DNA from: Burkholderiaceae bacterium
Lineage (GTDB): Bacteria > Pseudomonadota > Gammaproteobacteria > Burkholderiales > Burkholderiaceae_E
Direction of reading: 5' to 3'
Length of the DNA stretch: 64,000 nt
Assembly (NCBI GenBank): GCA_035628395.1
Contig: DASPJX010000204.1
Span: 5,747 to 69,746 of the forward strand
Under the pieces are notes generated by a model, which saw nothing but the letters and a program-made list of their open reading frames with translations, ran no database searches and was not told the origin of the DNA. The position numbers and the translations under genes were made by a program. Positions 38,625-46,939 of the stretch are shown piece after piece (position 1 is the first letter of the stretch; the number at the start of each line of letters is the position of its first letter).

Positions 38625-40451
38625 ATGACCGACCGCACGACCCCGTCCGCTCCCACGGCCGCCTCCGGCAGCTCGCTCGACCTCGGCCTGATCGGCAACT
38701 CGCGCACCGGCGCGCTCGTCGATCCGCAGGCCGGCATCGTCTGGTGGTGCCATCCGCGGCTCGACGGCGATCCGGTGTGCAGCGCGCTGCTGTCGGGCGA
38801 GACGCGGCCGCAGCACGGCTACGTCGACGTGCGCCTCGAGCGCCAGGCGCGCACCGAGCAGAAGTACCTGACCAACACGCCGATCCTCTCCACGACGATC
38901 CACGACGAGGACGGCAACTCGGTCGAGGTGCTCGACTTCGCGCCGCGCTTCTACCAGTTCGGGCGCATGTTCAATCCGGCGATGCTGGTGCGGATCGTGC
39001 GCCGGCTCACCGGCCGCCCGCGCGTGATCGTGCGGGCGCGGCTCGCCTGCGACTACGGCGCGAAGCGCTCCGAGCGCATCGTAGGCACCCACCACATCCG
39101 CTTCCTGCAGCGCGACGGCGCGATCCGGCTGACCACCGACATGCCGATCACGCAGGTCGTCGAGGAGCGCGCGTTCTTCGTCAACCGCACGGTGACGCTG
39201 CTGTTCGGCACCGACGAGACGCTCGGCGGCGCGCCGGCCGAGGTCGGCCGCACGTTCTTCGAGGAGACGCGCTCGTACTGGCTGCGCTGGGTGCGCAACC
39301 TCGCGGTGCCCTTCGAGTGGCAGGACGTCGTGATCCGCGCGGCGATCACGCTGAAGCTCAACGCGTTCGACGACTCCGGCGGCATCGTCGCCGCGGTCAC
39401 CACGTCGATCCCCGAGGCGCCGGCGAGCGGGCGCAACTGGGACTACCGGTACTGCTGGCTGCGCGACGCGTACTTCGTCGTCAACGTGCTGAACCGGCTC
39501 GGCGCGACCGGCACGATGCAGCGCCACCTGAACTACATCCTGAACGTGGTCGCCGAGACCGGCCCGCGGCCGCTGCAGCCGGTCTACGGGATCACCGGCG
39601 AGGCGGCGATCGACGAGTCGGTCGCGCCGGCGCTGCCCGGCTACCGCGGCATGGGGCCGGTGCGCATCGGCAACGCCGCCTACTTCCAGGTGCAGCACGA
39701 CGTCTACGGCGAGGCGGTGCTCGCCGGCGCGCACGCGTTCTTCGACCGCCGCCTCGAGCACGGCGCCGACGAGCAGATCTTCCGCGAGCTCGAGAAGCTC
39801 GGCGACCGCGCGGTCGCGCACTACGAGGACCCGGACGCGGGGCTGTGGGAGCTGCGCGGCACGAAGCGCGTGCACACGTTCTCGAGCCTGATGTGCTGGG
39901 CGGCCTGCGATCGGCTCGCGCGGATCGCGCAGCAGCTCGGCCTCGCCGAGCGGCGCGAGCACTGGGCCGGTCACGCGAAGCGGATCCACGCGACCATCTG
40001 CGACCGCGCCTGGAACCCGCAGCTGCAGGCCTTCGCGTCGACCTTCGGCGGCGACCGGCTCGACTCGAGCCTGCTGCTGCTCGCCGAGCTGCAGTTCCTG
40101 CCCGCGAGCGACCCGCGCTTCGCGTCGACGGTGCGCGCGATCGAGTCGCGGCTCCGGCGCGGCGACTTCCTGCTGCGCTACGACGAGCAGGACGACTTCG
40201 GCTATCCGGAGACGGCGTTCCTCGTCTGCACGCAGTGGTGGGTGCTCGCGCTCGCCGCGCTCGGCGAGACCGACCGCGCGCGGGCGATCTTCGAGAAGCT
40301 GCTCGCGATCCGCAGCCCGCTCGGGCTGCTGGCCGAGGACGTCGATCCGGCGACCGGCGAGCTCTGGGGCAACTACCCGCAGACGTACACGATGGTCGGC
40401 CTGATCCAGTGCGCGATGCGGCTGTCGCGGCCCTGGGAGGACGCGTACTGA
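38625..40451 (+). CDS. Glycoside hydrolase family 15 protein (glucoamylase/trehalase-like)
   Basis: Track ORF of 608 aa with LGLIGNSRTGALV, NWDYRYCWLRDA, YGEAVLA and WELRG, typical of bacterial GH15 proteins. Confidence 0.85.
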   Translation: MTDRTTPSAPTAASGSSLDLGLIGNSRTGALVDPQAGIVWWCHPRLDGDPVCSALLSGETRPQHGYVDVRLERQARTEQKYLTNTPILSTTIHDEDGNSVEVLDFAPRFYQFGRMFNPAMLVRIVRRLTGRPRVIVRARLACDYGAKRSERIVGTHHIRFLQRDGAIRLTTDMPITQVVEERAFFVNRTVTLLFGTDETLGGAPAEVGRTFFEETRSYWLRWVRNLAVPFEWQDVVIRAAITLKLNAFDDSGGIVAAVTTSIPEAPASGRNWDYRYCWLRDAYFVVNVLNRLGATGTMQRHLNYILNVVAETGPRPLQPVYGITGEAAIDESVAPALPGYRGMGPVRIGNAAYFQVQHDVYGEAVLAGAHAFFDRRLEHGADEQIFRELEKLGDRAVAHYEDPDAGLWELRGTKRVHTFSSLMCWAACDRLARIAQQLGLAERREHWAGHAKRIHATICDRAWNPQLQAFASTFGGDRLDSSLLLLAELQFLPASDPRFASTVRAIESRLRRGDFLLRYDEQDDFGYPETAFLVCTQWWVLALAALGETDRARAIFEKLLAIRSPLGLLAEDVDPATGELWGNYPQTYTMVGLIQCAMRLSRPWEDAY

Positions 40452-40491
40452 GGCCGCGTCCGGACCGGCGCGCCGCCGGCCCGGCGCGGCG

Positions 40492-42735
40492 TCACGCCGC
40501 CAGGTCCCGACGCTCGCGCGCCCGCGACTCGGTCTTCAGCCGCAGCCGCTCGCGCTGGCGCACGCGGGCCGCGTCCATCAGCAGCCTGCCGGCCCAGCGG
40601 TAGACGTTGTTCTCCTTGACCGTGCGCCGCATCATCCGCATCCGCTCGCGCCGCTCGTCGCGGTCGAGCTCGAGCGCCTGACGGATCGCGTTGGCGGTCT
40701 CGGTGATGTCGTACGGATTGACGAGCAGCGCCTCGATCAGCTCGCGCGACGCGCCGGCGAAGGTCGACAGGATCAGCACGCCGTCGTGGTCGTCGCGCGC
40801 GGCGACGAACTCCTTCGCGACGAGGTTCATCCCGTCGTGCAGGCTGTTGACCAGGCAGAAGTCCGCCGCACGGTAGAGCTCGAAGACCTGCAGCGGCTCC
40901 TGGTGCTCGCCGATCAGCACGATCGGCTTCCAGCGGTCGGTGCCGAAGCGCTCGTTGACGCGGGCGGCCGCGGCCTCGGTCTCCTCCTTCAGCGCGCGGT
41001 ACGCCGGCAGCTTGCTGCGCGTGGGGGCGGCCACCTGCAGCAGGCTCACCTTGCCGCGCCACGACGGATGGCGCTCGAGCAGCTGCTCGACCGCGAGGAA
41101 GCGCTCGACGATGCCCTTCGTGAAGTCCCAGCGCTCGACGCCCACGCCGATCCGCACGTCGTCGGCGAGGCCGTAGCGCTCGCGCACCGCCTTCGCGCAC
41201 TGCTCGACGCCGGGCAGCTGCTCGATCCAGCGCGGCGGCCACTCGATCGAGATCGGGTACGGCGCGACATGGCAGACGTGGCCCTGGATCGTCACCGTCA
41301 TGTGCTCGCGGTCGATGTGGCACTCGACGAAGCGGTCGATGGTCTCCAGGAAGTTCTGGCAGTGGTAGCGCGTGTGGAAGCCGAGGATGTCGGCCGACAG
41401 CATCCCCTTCAGCAGCTCCTCCTTCCACGGGCACACGCCGAAGGTCTCGGCGTTCGGCCAGGGGATGTGCCAGAAGACGACGATCGTCGCGCCCGGGATC
41501 CGGCTGCGCACCATCTCCGGCAGCAGCGCGAAGTGGTAGTCCTGCACGAACACCACCGGGTGGTCGCTGCGCGCCTCCTTCAGCACCACGTCGGCGAACT
41601 TGCGGTTGACCGCCTGGTACTGGCGCCAGTCGGCCTCGCGGAACGAGGGCCGCACGTACGCGAGGTGGCACAGCGGCCACAGCCCCTCGTTCGAGAAGCC
41701 GAAGTAGAAGCCGTTCTCCTCGTCGTCGCTCAGCCAGACCCGGCGCAGCGTGTACGCGGGATCGGCCGGCGGGACGCTGACGCGGTCGTGCAGGTCGACG
41801 ACGTCGCGGTCGGCGCTGCCGCTGCCGTGCGCGACCCAGACGCCGCTGCACGCGCGGATGATCGGCTCTAGCGCGGTCACCATGCCGCTCGCCGGCACCT
41901 GCACCACCGGACGGCCGTCGGGCCCGCGGTTGTGGATGTAGGGCTCGCGGTTCGAGACCACGATCATCTGCGGCGAGTCGAGGCTCTGCTTGACCAGGTG
42001 GGCGAGCGCCTGCGGCGTCCAGTTCTCGCGGTAGTCGATCTCGAGCCGCTGGTCGTGCTCGATCTCGCGCAGCACCTTGCGCACCTGCGACAGGATCGGC
42101 GCGCTCGCGGTCGACTCGGCGTCGTCGAGGAAGCGCCGGCTCTGGATGTCGCGCACCAGCAGCTTGCCCCAGCGCCGCAGCAGCAGCCACGCCGCGGCGA
42201 CCGACAGCAGCGCGAGCACCACCGCCGACATCACGCCGAACGCGATCAGGTAGTCGCGCGCCCGGGTCTGGCGGCGGTCGACGAACGACAGGTCGTGCAC
42301 GATCAGCAGCACCGCGGGCTCGCCGTCGGGCGGCGTCACGGCGTAGCGCGCGAGGTGCACCGTGCCCTGCGGCGCGCGGATCACGCGGCTCTCCGGCTCG
42401 TCGGGCAGCGCGGCGAGCGCGCACGAGACCTGCGGCGGCGTGCGGTCGGTCTGGTAGATCGTCTGGCCGTTCGGACGGCACGCGAGCACCGCGAGCAGCC
42501 GCTCGTCCTCGGTGACCGTCGACAGGAAGCGGCGCAGGCGCGGCAGCTCGGACCGGTCGAGCAGCGTGGGCAGCGTCTCGCCCATCGAGTTCATGACCAG
42601 CTTGGCCCGCATCTCGACGTCGGTGCGGAACCACTCGGTGAGCATGCGCTCGACGTAGGGAACGGCGATCCAGGCGCCCACGGACAGCGCGACCAGCACG
42701 GGAAGCGCGAATCGCCAGAACAGGGTGCCGAGCAT
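40492..42735 (-). CDS. otsA: Alpha,alpha-trehalose-phosphate synthase (GT20) with an N-terminal two-TM extracytoplasmic-domain extension
   Basis: Track ORF 40492..42897. I place the start at ATG 42735 (MLGTLFWRF...), which has GGAG 7 nt upstream. GT20 motifs IVVSNREPY, VFVQDYHFALLP, ILGFHT and LHDGMNLVAKEF. The first roughly 255 residues contain two hydrophobic helices flanking a segment of about 135 aa. Confidence 0.85.
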   Translation of the reverse strand: MLGTLFWRFALPVLVALSVGAWIAVPYVERMLTEWFRTDVEMRAKLVMNSMGETLPTLLDRSELPRLRRFLSTVTEDERLLAVLACRPNGQTIYQTDRTPPQVSCALAALPDEPESRVIRAPQGTVHLARYAVTPPDGEPAVLLIVHDLSFVDRRQTRARDYLIAFGVMSAVVLALLSVAAAWLLLRRWGKLLVRDIQSRRFLDDAESTASAPILSQVRKVLREIEHDQRLEIDYRENWTPQALAHLVKQSLDSPQMIVVSNREPYIHNRGPDGRPVVQVPASGMVTALEPIIRACSGVWVAHGSGSADRDVVDLHDRVSVPPADPAYTLRRVWLSDDEENGFYFGFSNEGLWPLCHLAYVRPSFREADWRQYQAVNRKFADVVLKEARSDHPVVFVQDYHFALLPEMVRSRIPGATIVVFWHIPWPNAETFGVCPWKEELLKGMLSADILGFHTRYHCQNFLETIDRFVECHIDREHMTVTIQGHVCHVAPYPISIEWPPRWIEQLPGVEQCAKAVRERYGLADDVRIGVGVERWDFTKGIVERFLAVEQLLERHPSWRGKVSLLQVAAPTRSKLPAYRALKEETEAAAARVNERFGTDRWKPIVLIGEHQEPLQVFELYRAADFCLVNSLHDGMNLVAKEFVAARDDHDGVLILSTFAGASRELIEALLVNPYDITETANAIRQALELDRDERRERMRMMRRTVKENNVYRWAGRLLMDAARVRQRERLRLKTESRARERRDLAA

Positions 42736-42855
42736 CAGGCGGCTCCAGGGAGGCGTTCGGGAGGGGAGGATACCGTCAACGTCGGCGCGACTTTCGGAAA
42801 ACGGGATGGCCGAGGTGTAGGCAACGGCCGTACCCGATCCGTCCGTTGCACAATC

Positions 42856-42883
42856 GATCGCGCGCGACGCGTCTCGCGCGATC
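42856..42883. promoter_or_regulatory. Imperfect inverted repeat GATCGCGCGCGA-cgcg-TCTCGCGCGATC in the otsA / aldo-keto reductase divergent region
   Basis: Read directly from the sequence, with 11 of 12 positions complementary. A CACAAT -10-like box lies at 42849-42854 immediately upstream. Confidence 0.25.
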
Positions 42884-42916
42884 CGGGTTCCACCCATCCC
42901 CGTTCAGGAGAGTCGG

Positions 42917-43936
42917 ATGCAGTACCGCAAGCTCGGCCGCAGCGGCGTCTCGGTCTCGGCGCTGTGCCTCGGCACGATGATGTTCGGCGACCGCACGAGC
43001 GAGGCCGAGGCCGTGGAGATCGTCGCGGCGAGCCGCGACGCCGGCATCGACTTCATCGACACCGCCGACATCTACGCGAAGGGCGAGTCCGAGCGGATCA
43101 CCGGACGCGCGATCGCCGCCGACCGGCACCGCTGGGTGCTCGCGACGAAGGTGGGCAACCCGATGGAGGACGGCGCGAACGGGCGCGGCCTGTCGCGCCG
43201 CCGCCTGATGCGCGCGATCGACGCCTCGCTCGAGCGCCTGGGCACCGACCACGTCGACGTCTGGTACCTGCACAAGGAGGACCACGAGACGCCGCTCGAG
43301 GAGACCGTGGCCGCGATCGCCGACGTCGTGCGCGCGGGCAAGGTCCGCTACCTCGGCGTCTCGAACTTCCGCGCGTGGCGGATCGCCGAGATCGTGCGGC
43401 TGTGCCGCGAGGCCGGGCTCGGCGCGCCGGCGGTCTGCCAGCCGTACTACAACGCGTTCAACCGGATGCCCGAGGTCGAGGTGCTGCCGGCCTGCGCCCA
43501 CTTCGGCATCGGCGTCGCCTCGTACTCGCCGGTGGCGCGCGGCGTGCTCGCCGGCAAGTACGCGCCGGGCCGCCCGCCGCCCGAGGATTCCCGCGCCGCC
43601 CGCAACGACCGCCGGATCATGCAGACCGAGTGGCGCGAGGAGTCGCTCGTGCTCGCGCAGCGCGTCGCCGAGCACGCCCGCGCGCGCGGCACGACGCCGG
43701 CGCAGTTCGCGGTGAACTGGGTGCTGAACAACCGCCTCGTCAGCTCGGCGATCGTCGGGCCGCGCACCCTCGAGCAGATGCGCGAGTACCTCGGCGCGAT
43801 CGACCGGCCGTTCGGTCCCGAGGACGAGGCGCTGATCGACGCGATGGTGGCGCCCGGCCACCCGTCGACGCCGGGCTACAACGACCCGGCGTATCCGCTC
43901 GAGGGGCGCGTGCCGGTCTCCGGCCGGCCCGGCTGA
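42917..43936 (+). CDS. Aldo/keto reductase (Tas / K+-channel beta-subunit-like)
   Basis: Track ORF of 339 aa with MQYRKLGRSGVSVSALCLGTMMFG, IDFIDTADIY and YLGVSNF. Confidence 0.9.
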   Translation: MQYRKLGRSGVSVSALCLGTMMFGDRTSEAEAVEIVAASRDAGIDFIDTADIYAKGESERITGRAIAADRHRWVLATKVGNPMEDGANGRGLSRRRLMRAIDASLERLGTDHVDVWYLHKEDHETPLEETVAAIADVVRAGKVRYLGVSNFRAWRIAEIVRLCREAGLGAPAVCQPYYNAFNRMPEVEVLPACAHFGIGVASYSPVARGVLAGKYAPGRPPPEDSRAARNDRRIMQTEWREESLVLAQRVAEHARARGTTPAQFAVNWVLNNRLVSSAIVGPRTLEQMREYLGAIDRPFGPEDEALIDAMVAPGHPSTPGYNDPAYPLEGRVPVSGRPG

Positions 43937-44106
43937 GGCCCGGCGGCCGGCCGGGCCGGAGCCCGTCGGCCGGGCCGGCCGAGGCGCGTCGGCCGGGGCG
44001 ATCCGTCCAGCCGCCCCGGCCCGGCGAGACCGGGCCGCCGCACGGCGGGAAGGCGCCCGGACGCCCCTCGGGGGAACCCGACGCGGCTGGAGGGGCGCGT
44101 CGGCGC

Positions 44107-44131
44107 GTGGGACAATGACGGGTTGTCCCAC
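44107..44131. promoter_or_regulatory. Perfect 9-bp inverted repeat GTGGGACAA-N7-TTGTCCCAC 27 nt upstream of ccmI; candidate operator overlapping a GACAAT -10-like box
   Basis: Read directly from the sequence: arms at 44107-44115 and 44123-44131, with GACAAT at 44111-44116. Confidence 0.3.
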
Positions 44132-44157
44132 GACCGGCTCCGTCCGACGCCCCTTCC

Positions 44158-45549
44158 GTGACCGCCCCGATCCTGCTCCTCGCGCTGCTGCTGGCGGTCG
44201 CCCTCCTCGTGGGCGCCTGGGTCCTGTGGCCGCTGCTCGGACGCGGCCGCGGCGGACCGGACGTCGACGCCTCGGCGGTCGCGCGCGCGGTGCTGCGCGA
44301 GCGGCGGCGCGAGATCGAGGCCGCGCTCGCGCACCTGCCGCCCGACGCGCCGGAGCGGCGCGCCGCGCTCGCCGAGTTCGCCGCCCAGGCCGACGAGGAG
44401 CTCGGCGACGGCGCGCCCGCCGCGCCGGCCGCGGCCGCGGCGCCCGTCCGCCGTCCCTGGACCGCGGCCGCGCTCGCCGCGCTGCTGGTGGTGCCGAGCT
44501 TCGTGCTGTACCTGCTCGCCGGCGCGCCGCAGGCGGTCTCGCCCGAGTTCGCGGCCGGCGCGGGCGAGCCGCAGAGCCTCGACGAGCTCGCGGCCGACCT
44601 GCGCCGCCGGCTGGGCGCCGATCCGAACGAGCTCGACGGCTGGCGGCTGCTCGGTCGCGTCGAGCTCGCCCGCGGCCGGCCCGGCGAGGCGCGCGACGCG
44701 TTCGCCCGGGCGCTCGAGCTCGCGCCGAACGACGCGCAGGCGAAGGTCGATCTCGCCGACGCGACCGCGCAGGCCCAGGGAGCGGTGCTCGAGGGTCGTC
44801 CGATCGAGCTGATCCGCGAGGCGCTCGCGCTCGACGCGCGCAATCCGAAGGCGCTCGCGCTCGCCGGCGCGTACCAGGTGTCGCGGCGCGACTTCCCGGC
44901 GGCGATCGCGCACTGGACGGTGCTGCTCGAGGTGCTGCCGGCCGACTCCGAGCAGGCGAAGCAGGTGGCGGGCTTCATCGCCGACCTGCGGGCGGGACGG
45001 ATGCCCCGCGTCGCCGCGGCCGATACCCCGCCGGGCGAGGCACCGGCCCCGGGCGCGGCGGCGACCGGCCCCGCCGCGACCGGCCCCGCCGCAACCGGCT
45101 CCGTGGCGCAGGCCGGCGGCGCGGCGCAGGGCGGCCCCGCGGCGCAGGGCGGCGCCGGCGGCGCATCCGCCGCGCCCTCCCCCGCCGCGACGCTGCGCGG
45201 CCGCGTCGATCTCGATCGCCGTCTCGCCGACCGGCTGCGGCCCGACGACACGCTGTTCGTCGTCGCCCGCACGATCGACGAGGCGGGCCGTCCGGTCGGC
45301 CCGCCGGTCGCGGTGCTGCGAGGCCGCGGCGCCGACCTGCCGCTCGACTTCGTGCTCGACGACCGCCAGGCGATGAGCCCCGCCGCGCGGCTGTCGTCGG
45401 TGCCGGCCGGCACCCAGGTGGTCGTCGTCGCCCGGCTGTCGCGGCACGGCGAGGCGGGCGCCCGCCCCGGCGACCTGCAGGGCGCGTCGACGCCGATCCG
45501 CCCCGGGGCGGCCGGCCTGCGGGTGCTGATCGACACGGTGATCGATTGA
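44158..45549 (+). CDS. ccmI: Cytochrome c-type biogenesis protein CcmI (CycH), TM + TPR + C-terminal domain
   Basis: Track ORF of 463 aa with an N-terminal TM (ILLLALLLAVALLVGAWVLWPLL), a second TM, a TPR-like segment (GWRLLGRVELARGRPGEARDAFARALELAPND), and a position at the head of the ccm genes. Confidence 0.75.
   Translation: MTAPILLLALLLAVALLVGAWVLWPLLGRGRGGPDVDASAVARAVLRERRREIEAALAHLPPDAPERRAALAEFAAQADEELGDGAPAAPAAAAAPVRRPWTAAALAALLVVPSFVLYLLAGAPQAVSPEFAAGAGEPQSLDELAADLRRRLGADPNELDGWRLLGRVELARGRPGEARDAFARALELAPNDAQAKVDLADATAQAQGAVLEGRPIELIREALALDARNPKALALAGAYQVSRRDFPAAIAHWTVLLEVLPADSEQAKQVAGFIADLRAGRMPRVAAADTPPGEAPAPGAAATGPAATGPAATGSVAQAGGAAQGGPAAQGGAGGASAAPSPAATLRGRVDLDRRLADRLRPDDTLFVVARTIDEAGRPVGPPVAVLRGRGADLPLDFVLDDRQAMSPAARLSSVPAGTQVVVVARLSRHGEAGARPGDLQGASTPIRPGAAGLRVLIDTVID
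45061..45156 (+). repeat. In-frame micro-tandem repeats inside ccmI: 15-bp unit x3 (45061-45105) and 18-bp unit x2 (45121-45156)
   Basis: gcgaccggccccgcc occurs twice identically, plus a degenerate third copy. gcggcgcagggcggcccc and gcggcgcagggcggcgcc follow. They encode ATGPAATGPAATG and GGAAQGGPAAQGG in a Pro/Ala/Gly linker. Confidence 0.85.
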
Positions 45550-46259
45550 CCGCGTCCGGGTTCGCGGGGCTTCGCGCCGCGGATCTCGCGCTCGCGCGCG
45601 GCGGCCGGCGGCTGTTCGCCGGCCTGTCGTTCGAGCTCGGCGCCGGCGAGGTGCTGCTGCTCGTCGGCCCCAACGGCGCCGGCAAGAGCAGCCTGCTGCG
45701 CGCGCTGCTCGGCCTCGCGCCGCTCGCCGCCGGCACGCTCGCGCTCGCCGGCGAGACGATCCGGCCGCGCGCGCTGTGCGAGCGCGCGCTCTACCAGGGC
45801 CATGCGGCGGGCGCCAAGGGCGAGCTCACCGCGCGCGAGAACCTCGCGCTCGCCGCCGCGCTCGACGGCACGACGGCGGGCGACGGCGACGCCGCGCTCG
45901 CGGCGGCGCTCGACGAGGTCGGCCTCGCGCGGCAGCGCGACGTCGAGACCCGGCGGCTGTCGCAGGGGCAGAAGCAGCGGCTGGCGCTCGCGCGCTTCGC
46001 GCTCGCGCTGCGCGCGCGGGTCCGCCCGCTGTGGCTGATGGACGAGCCGAGCGCCGCCCTCGACCGCGAGGGCGCCGCGCTGCTGCAGCGCATGCTCGAC
46101 GCGCACGCGGCGGCCGGCGGCGCGGCGATCGTCGCGACCCACCTGCCGATCGCCCCCGGCGCGGCGCGGGTGCGCGAGCTGCGCGTCGACGCGTTCGCGC
46201 CGCGCCGCGCGGCGCCCCCGGCGGCCGCGGTCCCCGAGCCCGCGGGCCTCGCGCGATGA
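45546..46259 (+). CDS. ccmA: Heme exporter ATP-binding protein CcmA
   Basis: In-frame part of track ORF 44115..46259. TTG 45546 overlaps the ccmI stop (TTGA). Walker A GPNGAGKSS, signature LSQGQKQR and Walker B LWLMDEP. Confidence 0.85.
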   Translation: MTASGFAGLRAADLALARGGRRLFAGLSFELGAGEVLLLVGPNGAGKSSLLRALLGLAPLAAGTLALAGETIRPRALCERALYQGHAAGAKGELTARENLALAAALDGTTAGDGDAALAAALDEVGLARQRDVETRRLSQGQKQRLALARFALALRARVRPLWLMDEPSAALDREGAALLQRMLDAHAAAGGAAIVATHLPIAPGAARVRELRVDAFAPRRAAPPAAAVPEPAGLAR

Positions 46260-46930
46260 CCGAGCTCGGCACCTTCGCCTGGGCGCTGCGACGCGACCTG
46301 CGGCTCGCGATGCGCCGGCGCGCCGACGCGCTCAACGTGCTCGGCTTCTTCGTGCTCGCCTGCTCGATGTTCCCGCTCGCGATCGGTCCGCAGCGCGAGT
46401 GGCTGCAGCGGATCGGTCCCGGCGTGATCTGGGTGGCGGCGCTGCTCGCGACGATGCTCGCGCTGCCGCGGCTCTTCGAGCACGACCATGCCGACGGCAC
46501 GCTCGACGCGATGATCGCGAGCGGCCGCCCGCTGTCGCTGATCGTGGCCGGCAAGCTGGTCGCCGCGTGGCTCGTCACCGCGCTGCCGCTGATCGTGCTG
46601 ACGCCGCTGCTCGCGCTCGCGTTCGCGATGCCCGCCGAGGCGGTGCCGACGATGCTCGGCGCGCTGCTGCTCGGCACGCCGGTGCTGCTCGGGCTGGGCG
46701 CGATCGCGGGCGCGCTGACCCTCGGCCTGAAGGCCGGCCCGACGCTGGTCACGCTGCTGTGCCTGCCGCTGTACGTGCCGGTGCTCGTGTTCGGCGCGGG
46801 CGCGGTCGAGGCGCAGGCCGCGGGGCTGTCCCCCTACGCGCATCTCGCCCTGCTGGGCGCTGGTATGCTGGCGGTCGCGCTGGCCGCCCCCCCGGTCGCG
46901 GCGCAGGCGCTGCGCATCTCCGTCGAGTGA
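46256..46930 (+). CDS. ccmB: Heme exporter membrane protein CcmB
   Basis: In-frame part of track ORF 45776..46930. ATG 46256 overlaps the ccmA stop (ATGA). Polytopic protein of 224 aa with the typical FEHDHADGTLD motif region. Confidence 0.85.
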   Translation: MTELGTFAWALRRDLRLAMRRRADALNVLGFFVLACSMFPLAIGPQREWLQRIGPGVIWVAALLATMLALPRLFEHDHADGTLDAMIASGRPLSLIVAGKLVAAWLVTALPLIVLTPLLALAFAMPAEAVPTMLGALLLGTPVLLGLGAIAGALTLGLKAGPTLVTLLCLPLYVPVLVFGAGAVEAQAAGLSPYAHLALLGAGMLAVALAAPPVAAQALRISVE

Positions 46931-46939
46931 CCCGCCGGC

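Noticed and set aside
32001-39989. 2662-aa uninterrupted minus-strand ORF, the longest in the track.
   Set aside because: It is a shadow ORF of the high-GC sequence. It is antisense to six well-supported plus-strand genes (ABC transporter, DEAD-box helicase, otsB, glk, GH15) and out of frame with guaC. It is Arg/Ala/Gly/Pro-dominated with no recognisable motifs. Every segment is better explained by genes carrying strong family signatures.
43937-44106. GC-rich reiterated CGGCCGGG/CCGGGCCGG strings after the aldo/keto reductase gene. These could be a repeat element or a small ORF (part of track ORFs 41932..44118 and 43876..45447).
   Set aside because: It is only short, irregular low-complexity reiterations with no defined unit or phase, and there is no coding signal. 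It is probably just a GC-rich 3' UTR/terminator region.
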